Positions 24,686 to 37,649 of a stretch of 64,000 nt of DNA are shown here, piece by piece; the stretch's first letter is position 1, and the number at the start of each line of letters is the position of its first letter. Source of the stretch: Selaginella moellendorffii. Lineage: Eukaryota; Plantae; Lycopodiophyta. The notes beneath the pieces are model-generated. The model ran no database searches, had not been told where the DNA came from, and saw nothing but the letters and a program-made list of their open reading frames with translations. The DNA lies in assembly GCF_000143415.4 (NCBI RefSeq), contig NW_003314283.1, positions 1,142,364 through 1,206,363 on the forward strand. The letters are read 5' to 3'. The position numbers and the translations under genes are program-made.

Positions 24686-27152
24686 TTAGATCGAGAATCT
24701 ATCGACGATGTCCCAAAGGACGCTCCTCATCTTGTCCAGCGACAGCGGCCTGTAGAGCACCGCCACAAATCCCAGCTTGAGAAGATGCTCTCTCGCGCTC
24801 GCGTCCGCGTCGGTGGTAAGCGCCACCAGCAGTGGCCTCTCGTTGATCGGGACCTCCTGGAGCTCCGCCAGGAGATCCAAGCTCTCCTGCTGCTGCCAAG
24901 GCGGGCTCGATGACAAGTCGAGCACTGCTACTCTGAACCGCGGCCCCGGAGGATGGCGGACGAGTTGCAAGCACTGCTGGATGGACATGGCCTCGGTAAC
25001 GTCGCAGCCCAGTCGGAGCATCACTCCTCTGGTCATGACGTTGCCGCCAGTTTCACTCACCAGGAGGAGTTTGAGTCCGCTCAAGCTCATCGATCCTTGC
25101 AGTTTGTGCTGCTGCTGCTGCTGCTGTAGTTGTAGTTGCTGTTGCTGATCGGGTTTGTCTGACTTTCCGAGTTTCACGAGGATTGTCACGGTCGATCCCT
25201 TGCCGAGGCCCTCGCTCTCGATCCAGATGTGGCCCCCCATCAAGCTTACAAACCTGGAAAGAGCGTGATGAGAAGCTTTTTCTTTATTCTAAAGAAGCTA
25301 GCAGCTTTTACCTTTTGCATAGTGCTAAGCCCAGGCCTGGACCGCTCCGCTTGTTGACTTGGACAAACTTTGTGAAGAGCTTGGGGATGTCTTGGGAGCG
25401 TAGGCCAATGCCAGTGTCCTTTACCTGCCGTTGCAAAGATGCCGCGGTTAAGAAAAAAGTTTTGTGTGGGTGGAGAGCTTACTTGTATTCTAATGTAAAA
25501 GTGAGAATCGCCCTGTGTTGGAAGGAACTCTGGTGCTCTAGGATCTCGCGAGTACTCCGGCCTCTCCATGCAAGCGGACACAGTGATACTTCCATCCTTC
25601 GTGAACTTGACGGCATTTCCTATGATGAATAGAACGATCTGCAAGAGACGCTTCTCGTCTCCAACAGCAAATTCCGGAAGGTCGGCAGCCAAATTCATGG
25701 TGATGTAAAGCTTCTTCACAGCAGCTATTGGCTTCACAAGGTTGTAGACCTGGACAACAACACAATTAAAAATTGAAACAACAAAAAGAGAGAGACCGGA
25801 GACAAACCTCTCGGAAGAGAAACAGAAGGTTGAATGGAGCAATCTCGAGTTGGAAGCTGCCATCTTCGAGCTTGGAGAGGTCCAAAACATCGTCTATAAG
25901 CTTGGCCAAAAGCCTGCTATTGCGTAGGATGGTCTCCACCATCGACCGTTGCTCCGCATTGAGCTGGCTGTCCTGGAGGAGCGACGAGAGAGTTATGATC
26001 GTATGCATGGGAACACGCATCTCGTGATTCATGACAGCCAGGAAATCGTTGCAAGCGGACACGGCAGTCTCTGCCTCCTGTCGAGCAGCGTCCAGCGCTA
26101 TGTTTTGCTCCACTAGCAAGTCTCGGGACCGTATGGATTCCTCCAATATTGCCGCGTGGGAGAGAGCGACGGCAACCTGCAAAGCAAATCACCAACTTAG
26201 AGGAAAAAGTAAAGAAAAAGGAATCAAATAAGAGACCACTTGCCTGGTCGGCGACGACTTCCACAAGCTCAAGCTCGTGAATGCGCCACCTTCGCGCGCT
26301 ATCTGACGGCAATATCAAAACCAGCAGCGCATACGGACCTTTGGCCGGCTCGGGCCAGTCGACGATTGGAAAGTTCACCATGCGCAAGAGCGGCACGCGC
26401 ACAGCAACAGCATCTCCAGAAATGTATTTCCCAGCGTGTGTTCTTGTCATGGCCACAGGGCTGCTGGACGGAATGACCACCGCGCGATTGCTGCTGAAAA
26501 CCTGTCGCAGCGTTGGGTGGTGTATCGGCACGATCCCAACGTTGGCCTTGCTCAGCTGGCGAAGCGAGTGTGTGAGCTGAAGCTCGAGACCGTTTCTAGT
26601 CGGCATCCACAGCGTGCATTCTTCCAGAGCCAAAGCCTTCCCGAGCTCGACCAGCGTGGAGTTGAGAATGGTGTGCCTGTCTAGCGTGCTCCGGATCTCC
26701 TGCGTGAGCATTCTTACGTGCCGGCCAGCCTCTTCCTGCGTCCGGATGATCCCCATCTCCCTGTCCAGCTCGTCCGCCTTGTTCTTGAGGAAGAGCTCGC
26801 GGGTCTTGACGCTGAGCAAGTCGGGGATGATATGGACGAGCATGAGCGCTGTGGCGCACGAAACCACCGCTGTGAGAATTTTCGCGACTGTCATCACGGT
26901 CGCCATTGTTCTCGAGTGAGAGCCCAGCGTCCAGAGGCTGATGAAATGCGTAGCTCCACACAGGACGATGAAGGCACCAAACTGTACGAGCACCCAGCGG
27001 TATGGAAACAAGGCGGATTTCTTGACGAAGTAGATGAGCTCGATCGGAATGGAGAAGTAGGCGAGCGCAATGAAGAAATCCGCGATGTACTGGTACCGGA
27101 TGTGGATGTCATCGGACGACCACTGCGGCTCGATGATGCAGTTGCAATCCAT
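24686..27152 (-). CDS. ETR1: Ethylene receptor, subfamily I (ETR1-like): 3 TM, GAF, His kinase, receiver domain
   Basis: [22 protein letters not shown] (copper ligands), [13 protein letters not shown]-box, GDEKRL...GNAVKFT, G boxes, C-terminal receiver. Confidence 0.95.
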
Positions 27153-27783
27153 CTTGCTCCTCCTCTTCCTCCTGCGCTACCTCCTAGGCCCTTGCCCCTA
27201 ATCCCTGGCTGTGATTCTCACTCCTGGCCGATCCAGACGCCATTGGAATGGAGAATTTCGGAATGACGAGGTGGAGATTACCGCAGAATCTCACTCTCCC
27301 GATTTCGAGCTGACAGGAGCTCCTAGCGGCGCGGCCGTGCTTACCTCGCGCTCGAGATTCCAGCGCCTCGATCGTGGCCAAAACCCTAGACGAAGAGACA
27401 GAGAGAGCTCCTCCACTAGCTGCATTCCGTGGAGCATATTGCTAGTAAAAGTCGAAAGCATTCACGGAAAGAGAAAAACTTCACGGACCAGGCATATAGA
27501 TGATCCCGGACCGTTGATCCTGTAAAATCGCATTCCCAGCCGTCGGATCAAAATCACAGTTTTACCCACTTTCCCGCGGGTCTCGAGCCGGCGACTTTCT
27601 CTCGAGGTATATTCTTTTTCCCCTTGAGGTATATGCTTTTTCTCTTGCTGAGGATTAGGGTTGAAGTGCTGCTCGATCGATCGATAGGCGCTGGCGCAGA
27701 TCCGGCGCTGCGCAATGCCGGTGTAGGAGGCGGCGAGAGGTTTGTGTGCCGGACGGGAATTTCGCGTCGCTGTGCAATGCGAA

Positions 27784-30700
27784 ATGGCGGATCCAGCAGC
27801 TTTCGATTTCTTCTTCCAGCAGGCCGATGTGGATCGGGATGGGAAGGTGAGTGGCGCCGAGGCAATCCACTTCTTCAAGGGATCGAATTTGCCTCAGCCT
27901 GTTCTTGCCAAGGTAATGTAAATAGCGATGTATTTTCCTTGTTTTTATTCTTTCTTTTGCTCTTTGTAGATTTGGCATGCTGCGGACAATGGCCATACCG
28001 GGTTTCTCTCGCGACCAGAGTTTTATAACGCCTTGAAGCTCGTCACGGTTGCTCAGTCTGGACGAGAGCTGACGCCGGAGATCATGAGAGCGGCGCTCGT
28101 CGGGCCGGCGTCGCTCAAGATTCCATCTCCAAAAATTCAGCTCCCCGCGGGCCAGCAGTCGCAAATCCCAGTTCCTGGACAACAGGCACCACCACCTCTT
28201 CCAGTTTCAACGACGCAAGTTACTGTTCAACCTGGTAGGACTTCGTTTAGCAGTGGACCGCCACCTCCACCACTTCAAGGCTCTCTACAACAAAATGCAT
28301 CGTTTAGCGTCGCACAGCCAGCTCCCGGTGCTTTACCAAGACCATCGTTTACCGGCGGCGGCGCGTCACAGCCACCATCGTATACCGGTGCTACCACGCT
28401 ACAACCACAGCAGGGACCATCTTTTCCCGGTGCTACCACGCCACAACCACAGCAAACACCATCGTTTGCCAGTGCTACCGCGTCACAGCCATCATCATCG
28501 TTTGCAAGCGCTCCTTTACCACAACCACAGCAAACACCGTCGTTTCCTACGCAACTGCAGCAAGCACCATCGTTTGCTACCAATGCAAACACGCCACAGC
28601 TTCAGCAAACACCATCGTTTGCCACTGCTCCTACACCACAGCCTCAGCAAACTCCTCGGGCACCGGTGTATCAACAGCAACCTCCAGTACAAAGCGTTCC
28701 AAGACCAGGTTCTTCCGGTGGACTTGGAGCAGAATCTTGGCGGCCAAGCAGTGTGCAAGGTCAGCTCTTTTCATCGGCAACCCCAGTGAGACCAACAACT
28801 TCAGCTATACCCAATCAAAGTTTTTCTGTCAACAATGGCCCGAGCACCAACTTTGCTTCCCAGCAAGGTCCTGGTGCTCCTCCGGGGTTGCGGGCTGGAG
28901 CTGGAGCTCCCGATGGAGCTAAAGCCTCTGGAGGATTTAGTCCCTTTGGCAACGACGCGTTTTCCGTGAGCTCTACTACAGCAAGACCGGCGATTGATCA
29001 GAACTTTGTTGCTTCATCTCCGTTGACACCGAGACAGCCGTCTCCTGGAATGTCCCCGCAAGCGCCGCCTCCTAAAGTCATGCACGGTTTCAGACCGCCA
29101 ATGGGGTCTGCATGGCCTAAGATGACAGCAAACGATGTACAGCGCTACTCTCGAGTTTTTACGGACGTTGACACAGATAAAGACGGGAAGATCACAGGCA
29201 TACAAGCACGGGATCTCTTCTTGAGCTGGAGACTTCCTAGAGGTATTTTATTTTGTCAGACGTGCATTGGCTCTTAACTTTCTCTCCAGACGTCTTGAAG
29301 CAGGTTTGGGACCTATCGGATCAAGATGGCGATAGCATGCTTTCTTTTCGGGAATTCTCTACGGCTTTATATCTGATGGAACGGCTCCGAGAAGGCCGCC
29401 CTTTACCTCCTGTTCTTCCAGCGGGCTTTCATTTTGACGATGGCACTCCTCAGTCTCATCTTGCTGCTGCACAAGGCTATAATCAACCTTCTTGGCAGCG
29501 CAATGCAAGTACGTTCATTCTTTCCTTTTCGTACTGGAGTATGAATTAACACAAACGAACAGGACCAGGTATGCCTCCAGGACTTGTTCCGCAAGAACAA
29601 TTCGGCATGCCAGGTGCATTTCAAGGACAACAGACAGGAAGACATGCTAGAGCCAGACCCAGGGGTGCGGAGTTTAATGGCAGTGACAAGGTAAATTAAT
29701 CAATAAAGACGTGGGGGCAACCTGACTTTCTGTTATTTGCAGCCAAATCAAAGTGAGGGGAAAGTTTTGGATTCAAAAGAAAAGCTTGAATATTATCGTA
29801 ACAAGCTACAGGAAATCGTAAGGACGTCGTCGAGTTTTCTTTTTTTTTTTCTCCTGTGGTAACATTCTGTATGCAGGTGTTATTCAAAAGAAAATGTGAC
29901 AACCGTTTATCGGAGATCACTGACAGAGCGGCTGCCGAAAAACGCGAGGTGGGAGGTCCTATTAGTTCTTTGTTTATCTGGTTGGGAACGTCGATTTTTG
30001 TGTGTAGGAGGAAATCATGGCGAAGAAGTATGAAGAGAAGTATAAGCAGGCACTGGAAGTGAATTCACGTTTGGTGTCTGAAGAAGCAGCCTTTCGCGAA
30101 ACACAGGTCTGCTTGTGCCTAAGATATGCATACTAAAAAATGGTCTCTTCAGACTCTCAAATCTGAGCTTCGGAGTGCGATTGCTGAAATTGAACGCGGG
30201 GGAAATCCAAATGCGCTGCTCCAGGTTACGCACAGAATTATTTATGCCTGCTCTGATTTTTTTTTCCCTCTCCAACAGACTCGTGCAGATCGTATTGCAA
30301 ATGACCTTGATGAACTTGAGAAGGCGTTGGTCCAGCGTGGTAACCTTCTTGGGCTTCAAGTTAGCGGGACAGCCAAAGTTGAGCTTCCATTTGGTAAGTG
30401 AAACAATCAGGACATTTATAGCTTATGCTGACGCGTGGATTGACAGGATGGCAGCCAGGGCTTCAAGAAAATGCCGTTGAATGGGATGAGGACTGGGATA
30501 AGTTTGATGACGAAGGTTGGCAATTGTTTATTTCCCATTCGCATATTTACTTATAATTCATGCAGGATACAACACGATTCAAGGGATTATGGACGAGCAA
30601 CCTGTATCTGGAACAGCCTCACATCCTGGCTGGGACGAGAATAGCATGTTTGCTGATGGCTTTGACTTTGCATCCGAGCCCATTCACGCGGAGGAAAACT

Positions 30701-31427
30701 TTGATAAAGGGCCTGCTGACTCGCCGCACGCAGAAAGCGAAACGAGCTCCATCAAAAGTGGTGTTGATAGCCCACAGTGGTCTCCAAAAGGTTATCCGTC
30801 CAAGAGAAGCATTCCTGGAAGTTCTCCTTTGTCAGCCAAAGCAGATCACAGGCAAGGACGTAAATTTCTGACTTTTTGTTTTTCTTCTAATATACGTCTT
30901 GTAGCTTTGAGTCGCACGAAGACGAGCCGCCCTTCCATTCTTCAAGGTTTGCTCTTCGATTTCATGGTAATGAACTTTTGTTTCGACTCGTTCTCTTTTG
31001 CAGCTTTGATCAAGATCCATCTTTTGACTCAACGGATCACTACGAAGAAACTCCTTGGACTAGCGCGTTCGGCAACCCAAACGAGGATGTGTGGGGTCTA
31101 GGGACCGACTCTCCATCTTCCTCTTTCCAGGTACTCTATAACTTGTTATTCTGATTTGGTGTCATCATAACACAGGCGTCTTTCCTTCAGCCTTTAGCGG
31201 TTAAAACCCGATCAGAAAGAGACTCTTTGGACTTGGGATCGATAAACATAAGCTCTCCTGCTCACAGCGAAGCCAAGAACGAAGGCGACTTCTTTGGCAA
31301 AAAGGAGTGGAACGATTGGCCTGGTGACACCAACAGCACTTCAGTGCCAAGCACTCCGTTGTTTAAGAGTGAGTCGCCAAAACATGAAGGCTCGTATTTC
31401 GGTCAACCGAGCCGGCTTGAGTTATGA
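27784..31427 (+). CDS. EH-domain protein (EH1/Pan1-like, TPLATE-complex type), multi-exon; 3' end approximate
   Basis: EH1 (ADVDRDGKVSGAEA..FF.GSNLP..VLAKIW...EFYNALKLVTVAQ), Pro/Gln linker, EH2 (WPKMT..DVQRY..VF..VDTDKDGKITG.QAR.LFLSWRLP), coiled coil, GWQPG.QE.A.EWDEDWDKF. Confidence 0.92.
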
Positions 31428-32103
31428 TATGATGCAACGCTTGTAGATTGAGGTACCTTTTGTTGTAATTGGTTTCTCCCACTCACTTTTGCAGTGGTTA
31501 TTTCTATACACATTTTTTCGATTGCGATTATAAGAGCAAGAAATGTGGATCTTAAGGGTACTGACTTATTCATTGCCTTTCCAGTGAAGCATAGAAACTT
31601 AAAGATTGGAGGTGTGCTAGAACCAAACAATCTCAGGTAGCATATCTCTTCCCCTCTCTTTGTGAGGTTCTTAGTATCATTTGTTCTTACAAGTGACGGG
31701 AAGTATTTGGCATTCAAGGTAGTTATGGACACCCTTTGGACAAAGATCATTCAAGTTTAAAGCACTCCTCAAAGCTCTTGTGGCGCAGTCCCAAAACATT
31801 CGACATGCGATCACAGAAGTGTGTAGTTACATTGTAGCAGGTTCTTTAGAATATTTTTTTTTTTTCCGTTTTTGTTTTTCTCTTCTTTTGTACACGTAAT
31901 TTACAGCGACGGGGGTTCAATACCCTTCCTAAGAACTTTCACTTTAAACCGAGGTGTCGTAACTACCGCCTCTTCACGTCTCGCGCGCTTCGTCTCCTTC
32001 GGTTTTCCAGCTTCTCATGTGTCTGATCTAAAGGTATGCGCCTTGTTCTTTCTGTGTTTGCCACAAAATTTTGTTTTCCTCTACCGCAGGAAAACCGCTT
32101 ATC

Positions 32104-33716
32104 ATGACGCGGGGGCTACTTTTCTTGCTGGTGCTGCTCTTCATGAGTAGCATCGTCAGCTGTAAGTTGTAGTTGCTGCAAATGAGTGCCCGAGATTATA
32201 TCTTTTTCTTCATAATGCAGGTGACTTGGAGTGCGAGGATTTGCCGGCGGAGGATTGTGCATTTGCGGTCTCGTCGTCGGGAGCCAGATGCATGCTTCAA
32301 AACGCAACCAACGAACTGAAATGCGAAGTATAAGTCTTTCGTAGCTGCTTGCTTTGAGCTCATCACAGCTGGATTTTTGTTGCAGACGTCCATGGTCATG
32401 TCGGACAAAAGAGTGGAATGGATTGAGAGTAGCGAGTGTATGCAGTCGTGTGGGGTCGACAGAATGACGGTTGGAATGTTCCCAGACGCGTTGCTAGACA
32501 AGTCTTTTCTTCCCAAGCTCTGCAGCCCGAGCTGTCAGATCAGCTGCCACAACGTTTTCGATCTTTACGTTAGTCTCGCCGTTGGCGAAGGTAACACTTT
32601 TCACTTGAGAGAAAAAGGCTTGAAGTTTTATCTCTTTCCTTACCAGGTTTCTACTTACCGAGTCTCTGCCAAACACAACCTGTGAGGGTGCACAGAAAGA
32701 TGAAGGTCGACTCGACTCCTCTTATCAAGCCTCCGGACGAGAGTCTTCCAGCTCCAGCTCCAGCGCCCGAATTATCAGCAGCTCAAGGAAGTGTCCCCGC
32801 GGGCTCGCCGTCGCCAACGTCAACTCCATCTATTCAAGCACCAGCAATTCAAGTACCAGTTCCAGCACCAGCACCAGCAATTCAAGCACCGGTTCCAGCA
32901 CCAGAACAGGCAGAAGCAGTGCAAGCACCAGTTCCAGCGCCGCAGCAAGTCCAAGCACCGGCTCCAGCACCAGAGCAGCCACCGGCACCAGCACCAGCTC
33001 TTCCAGTTTCAATCGCGGCTCCGGCACCAGAGCTAACTCTAGCTCCAGCCCCGGTTTTACCGGCGGAGGAGCCTGTTCCATTCTCGCCAACTTTGACACC
33101 AGCCGAGGAGCCTTTCCAGCCTTTCCCATCTCCGCCAACTTTCGGACCGGCAGAGGAGCCGTATCCATCGCCAGTGGTGGCAGCACCAGCGGAAGAGCCA
33201 GCTCTAGCGGAGGAGCCAGCTCCGGCTGAAGAGCCAGTCCAAGCTCCGGCCGAGCAACCAGCCGAAGCTCTTGCTCCATCTCTAGAAGACGGCGGCTGGT
33301 CTGAAGAAGTCGAAACTCCAGCGCCGGCTCCAGTGGCTGCCTTGGCCGAGGCGGAGGCTCCTTCGGCTGCTACACCGATTTACGAGTCACACTTTGAGCT
33401 CGAAGCCCCGCCTCCAAGCACGTACTACGACGAGGAGCCAGCAGCAGCACCATCGGAGGAATCTAGCGTCGCGGAGGCTCCAAGTTCTTCGAGTTCTTAC
33501 GAGGAAGCTGTCCCGCCAACTTTGTTTGATGGTGGTGCCGAGGGACCAGTGGAAGCACCGCATGCTTTGGAAGGACCGGCTCCCTCCCAGGAAGAAGAAG
33601 CTCCGCCGCCAGGTTTCTATGGCGAGGAAGAAGCTCCGGCCCCGGATTTGCTCGCGAGCGGAGAAGGCGGCGAAGCTCCATCTCCATACAGCGAAGAAGA
33701 AGCTCCATCTCCATGA
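32104..33716 (+). CDS. Secreted PAR1-domain protein with a long Pro/Ala/Glu-rich arabinogalactan-protein-like tail
   Basis: Signal peptide; LECEDLPAEDCAFAVSSSGARC...EWIES.EC..SCGVDR.TVG...LCSPSC...C.NV.DLY.SLA.GEG (PAR1 pattern); ~330 aa of AP/PA/SP-rich repeats. Confidence 0.85.
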
Positions 33717-33958
33717 GCAACCGGAAGGAGGAGCTGAAGCTCCATCGCCAGAGTCTGAGCAGCAACAAGGAGGAGGAGCTCCATCTCCAGCGATTGAGAA
33801 AGCTCCATCTCCGGCATTTGAGCAGCAACAAGGAGGAACTCCATCTCCATCTCCATCTCCAGCGTTTGAGAGGAGGAGCTCCACCACTACCTTTTTAAAT
33901 TTCTCTTAGTTTTGTTACAAGAGGTCATAACATAATATTAGGTCACTCGCGATGCGTG

Positions 33959-35616
33959 ATGGAAAGAGATTTCTCTTGCTGGAATCGTCAAGCGCCATTC
34001 GCGAATGCGGCTGCTATGATCCAAGATCCAAGCGATCGATCATCGGGCAATCTTCCCTCTCATGGAGCGGCATCCAATCCATTTCTTCGCGGAGCTCTTG
34101 GCAGCGTAATGCGTGTCCTCCCATTTTTTGCTCTATACACATTCGTTGTGGTCGCGATTATAGGTGGCAGTCGAGAGAGCGAGGAGCTAAAACAAGCCTG
34201 GATTCGTAGAGAGTCAAGGTTTACGTGACTGAATTTCTCAGCGAATTTTTTCTTTTTTTCTTGTTTCCAGTGAAGCACGGAAGCGTACTGCTCGTACTGG
34301 CCGGAGTGGAAACCAAGAACAACAATGATGGTGCACGGCATGGAGTCTGTGCGCGATAGCTCTCTGGAACAAACTTTACGAAAGCTATGGCCCCGGTCGC
34401 TTTCTCTTGCACACTGATGGATGGGCGTGGACGATTCGCACGGCACGCTCACGCTTCTGGCTCTTTCAGTGACAAGGTGGGATTTCTCTCTCCTTTGTCA
34501 GCGTTTTTGTTTCTAGGTGGAATCGAGCTTTTCCTCATCGTGTTTGCTCTCCAGGCGATGAACTACGACCAAGTGAAGCTCCGAGATGGGAGGTGTCTGG
34601 CCTACAAAGAATTCGGGGTCGACAGGAACTCGGCGAGATTCAAGGTGGTGGTCATTCATGGGCTTGGCAGTTCTCGCGACGCTCTTTTCCCGTGCTCACA
34701 GGTACGTAGTAGAGAGAATCCTTCCCTTTCGCAAGTTTGGCTAGCCTACTCGATCGCAGGAGCTTGCGGACGAGCTGGGACTTTACATGGTCGGATTCGA
34801 TCGAGCTGGCTATGGACACAGCGACCCTTTTCCGCAAAGATCTGTGAAGTCCGAAGCGCTCGACATCCAGGATTTGGCAGACCAGCTTCAACTCGGTGCG
34901 AAGTTCCACATCATAGCAATCTCGATTGGTGGCTACTCGGCATGGTCGTGTCTCAAATACATTCCACACAGGTACATCATCTCTTCTTTTCAAGCTCTCT
35001 CTCCTTCGCACTCAATCCTTTCTTTCTCTCCCAGGATTGCTGGAGCGGCACTTGTTGCTCCAGCCATCAACTACTGGTGGCCGTGCTTGCCACCATCTCT
35101 TTCTCACCAGGCTTTCAGCGCTCGATCGTTTCTAGACAAGTGTGGCCTTCGACTGGCTCACTACTTCCCCGGCCTCTACACCTGGTGGAGCAGCCAGAGA
35201 TGGCTAGAACCCGGCATTTCCAGGCTCGACAAGGTGGACCAGACCATCCTGGCCAGTCCCAGCATCCTCAAGGCAAGAAAAAAAACTCTTTTTTTCTCCT
35301 TCGCTTGATCGTTCTCTCGATTTCTCAGCACCGAAGCCAAGCCCAACGCCAGGGAGCCCAGGAATCCACCGCGAGAGACATCCTCGTCCAGTTTGCGAGC
35401 TGGGAATTCGATCCAAGCCAGGTGGAGCAGCCGGGAGAGGGAATTCGCGTGGATATCTGGCAGGGCGATCGAGATTACTTGGTTCCGGCGCTCCTCCAGC
35501 GTTGCATCCACGAAAGATTGCCCTGGACCGGCTATCACGAGCTCCCAGAAATGGGCCACTTGTTCTTCCTCCTCCCGGGGCGTGGCGAGGAGATTATCCG
35601 CACGCTGCTAATCTAA
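33959..35616 (+). CDS. Alpha/beta-fold hydrolase with an N-terminal membrane anchor (start uncertain)
   Basis: KLRDGR.LAYKEFG, HG.GSSR, FDRAGYG.SDP, nucleophile AISIGG, APAINYWWP, WQGDRD, GHLF. Confidence 0.88.
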
Positions 35617-36038
35617 CCACGCGTATTATTCTAATCTGATCTCGTTTAGTCTAAACTTGTATTAAGACAAGATTAGTTTTTAAAGTAATATTGATTAGTT
35701 TAAAATTACATAATATTGTTTACTCTAAAATTGGTTACGATAGTGACAAGTGGCGAGAATCCTACCGTGAAAATAAAACTGCCACGTGGAGTGTGGCCTG
35801 CCGCGCGATTTGAATTATATGTGGTTTAGGTTAGAAAGAACACGAAGAACACCTGAGCGGGGCCATGGCGTACGGGTATGACCTCGCGCTCGCGCTCTTT
35901 CTCGCGATGCGTGATTCCAGGTAGCACACAGGGAAGAAAGATTCGTCTACATGGGAAGATCGAGGCAGCGTTGCGGGGATAGATCCCTACCGGGCAGGAG
36001 CTGGGGCTGGATTTCGCCGTGAGCGCTGGAAGAATCCA

Positions 36039-37490
36039 ATGTGCGCGGCCAGATTATCGATCAAGGGAGCGGCGGCATCGTCGTGTTCTCCAGATCAGGG
36101 AAAGCCGCTCCTACTGCCGCCTTCTTCCGGCTCGCATCATCGCCGGGAGAGATTCAAGATCCTCGCGGCCGCGGGAATCAGCGCCTTCTTGCTGCTGTCG
36201 CTCACATTCTCCCCTCTCTGGAGCCTCCACGCCAGGCATCGCCCCATCCTCTCGCGGACGAGCTCTTCCATTTCCTCCTCCGCCGCGACGACGCAGCAGC
36301 CCCGGCGCTCGTACGATGTGCTCCACTACACCGCACTGGAGGCCAGCGATGGCGACGAGAGGGATAGAATCCGGCAGCTCCTGGACGAGCGATCGTCGGC
36401 CAAGTACTACTGGCACCACGGGCGGGGCGGGCGTGGCAGGGTGGAGCTGGAGCACAGCGATGGCTACGAGCGGCGCCGCCCCACTCCCATCCGGAGGCTG
36501 CGAGATCGTCGGTGGACGCCGGATCTCTCCAATCCCAGGTACGCTCCCTACACCGGAGAATTCCGCCAGATGCTCCAGAGCTGGGCTCGCCGCAAGCGCT
36601 ACGATCCAGAGATCATGGCCGAGCTCCTTCCAGCGATCAAAGAGCCCATCGACCGCCACTACAAGAACTTATCCACCACCACCACCACCGAGGACGAACT
36701 AGTGATCCAAGAGCAAGCCCACCATCGCCACCACCACCATCACACCAAGGAGGATGACCGAGAAGGACACTTTGGCGACCAAAGAAGATCATCATCGCCA
36801 TCGCCATCACCATACCCGACGTGTGCCGTGGTTGGAAACAGCGGCGTCCTCCTCAACCGGACTTACGGCGCGCTCATCGACAGCTACCAGATGGTGATGC
36901 GCCTCAACAACGCAAAGGTGGCGGGCTTCGAGCGCTGGGTGGGATCCAAGACCACCATCTCCTTCGTCAACAGCAACATCGTCCACTCGTGCGCTCGCCG
37001 CCACCGCTGCTCCTGCCCCTCCTACGGCGACGCCGTCCCCACCGTCTCCTACGTCTGCCAAGTTGCGCACTTCCTCGACTTGGCCTACTGCCGCGCGCAT
37101 CGCCGAGCTCCGCTGCTCGTCACCGATCCCCGCTTCGACAGCCTCGCCACCCGGATCGTCCGCTACTACTCGCTCCGCCACTTCTTCCACACCACCGGGA
37201 GATCTTACGACGACTGGAACAAGCTCCACGACGGGACGCTCTTCCACTACTCGTCCGGGATGCAAGCGGTGATGCTGGCGCTGGGGATCTGCGACGAGGT
37301 GGGCCTGTTTGGATTCGGGAAGCTGTCCAATTCCACTCACCACTATCATACCAACCAGAGGACCGAGCTCGCGCTTCACGACTACGAGGCCGAGTATATC
37401 TTATACCGTGATCTCGTCCATCGCCCAGGTATGGTTCCTTTTCTTAATGAGTCTGGCCTGGCGGTTCCTCCTGTGAAGATCTTCCTCTGA
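36039..37490 (+). CDS. GT29 (sialyltransferase-like) glycosyltransferase, GALT29A-like, intronless
   Basis: Type II TM segment; sialylmotif L CAVVGNSGVLL...G..ID....V.RLN; S motif YSSGMQAVMLALGICD.V..FGF; HHY; HDYEAEY. Confidence 0.92.
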   Translation: MCAARLSIKGAAASSCSPDQGKPLLLPPSSGSHHRRERFKILAAAGISAFLLLSLTFSPLWSLHARHRPILSRTSSSISSSAATTQQPRRSYDVLHYTALEASDGDERDRIRQLLDERSSAKYYWHHGRGGRGRVELEHSDGYERRRPTPIRRLRDRRWTPDLSNPRYAPYTGEFRQMLQSWARRKRYDPEIMAELLPAIKEPIDRHYKNLSTTTTTEDELVIQEQAHHRHHHHHTKEDDREGHFGDQRRSSSPSPSPYPTCAVVGNSGVLLNRTYGALIDSYQMVMRLNNAKVAGFERWVGSKTTISFVNSNIVHSCARRHRCSCPSYGDAVPTVSYVCQVAHFLDLAYCRAHRRAPLLVTDPRFDSLATRIVRYYSLRHFFHTTGRSYDDWNKLHDGTLFHYSSGMQAVMLALGICDEVGLFGFGKLSNSTHHYHTNQRTELALHDYEAEYILYRDLVHRPGMVPFLNESGLAVPPVKIFL

Positions 37491-37649
37491 GAAACTCAAA
37501 CACACTTTTTTTTCGTTCTTCTCCTGTTTCTTAGGAAGAAAAAGAGAGATCTTTCATCTTTTACCTGTACATTTTGCTCTTACGAAGAAAAAGTTTCCAT
37601 TCTTTTTTTTTCTTGAGTTTTCGTAGCGTTTTGGAAGATCGATCGAAGC

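Noticed and set aside
29500-29565. GC-AG intron in the EH gene
   Set aside because: An adjacent GTACGT donor gives a more plausible reading frame.
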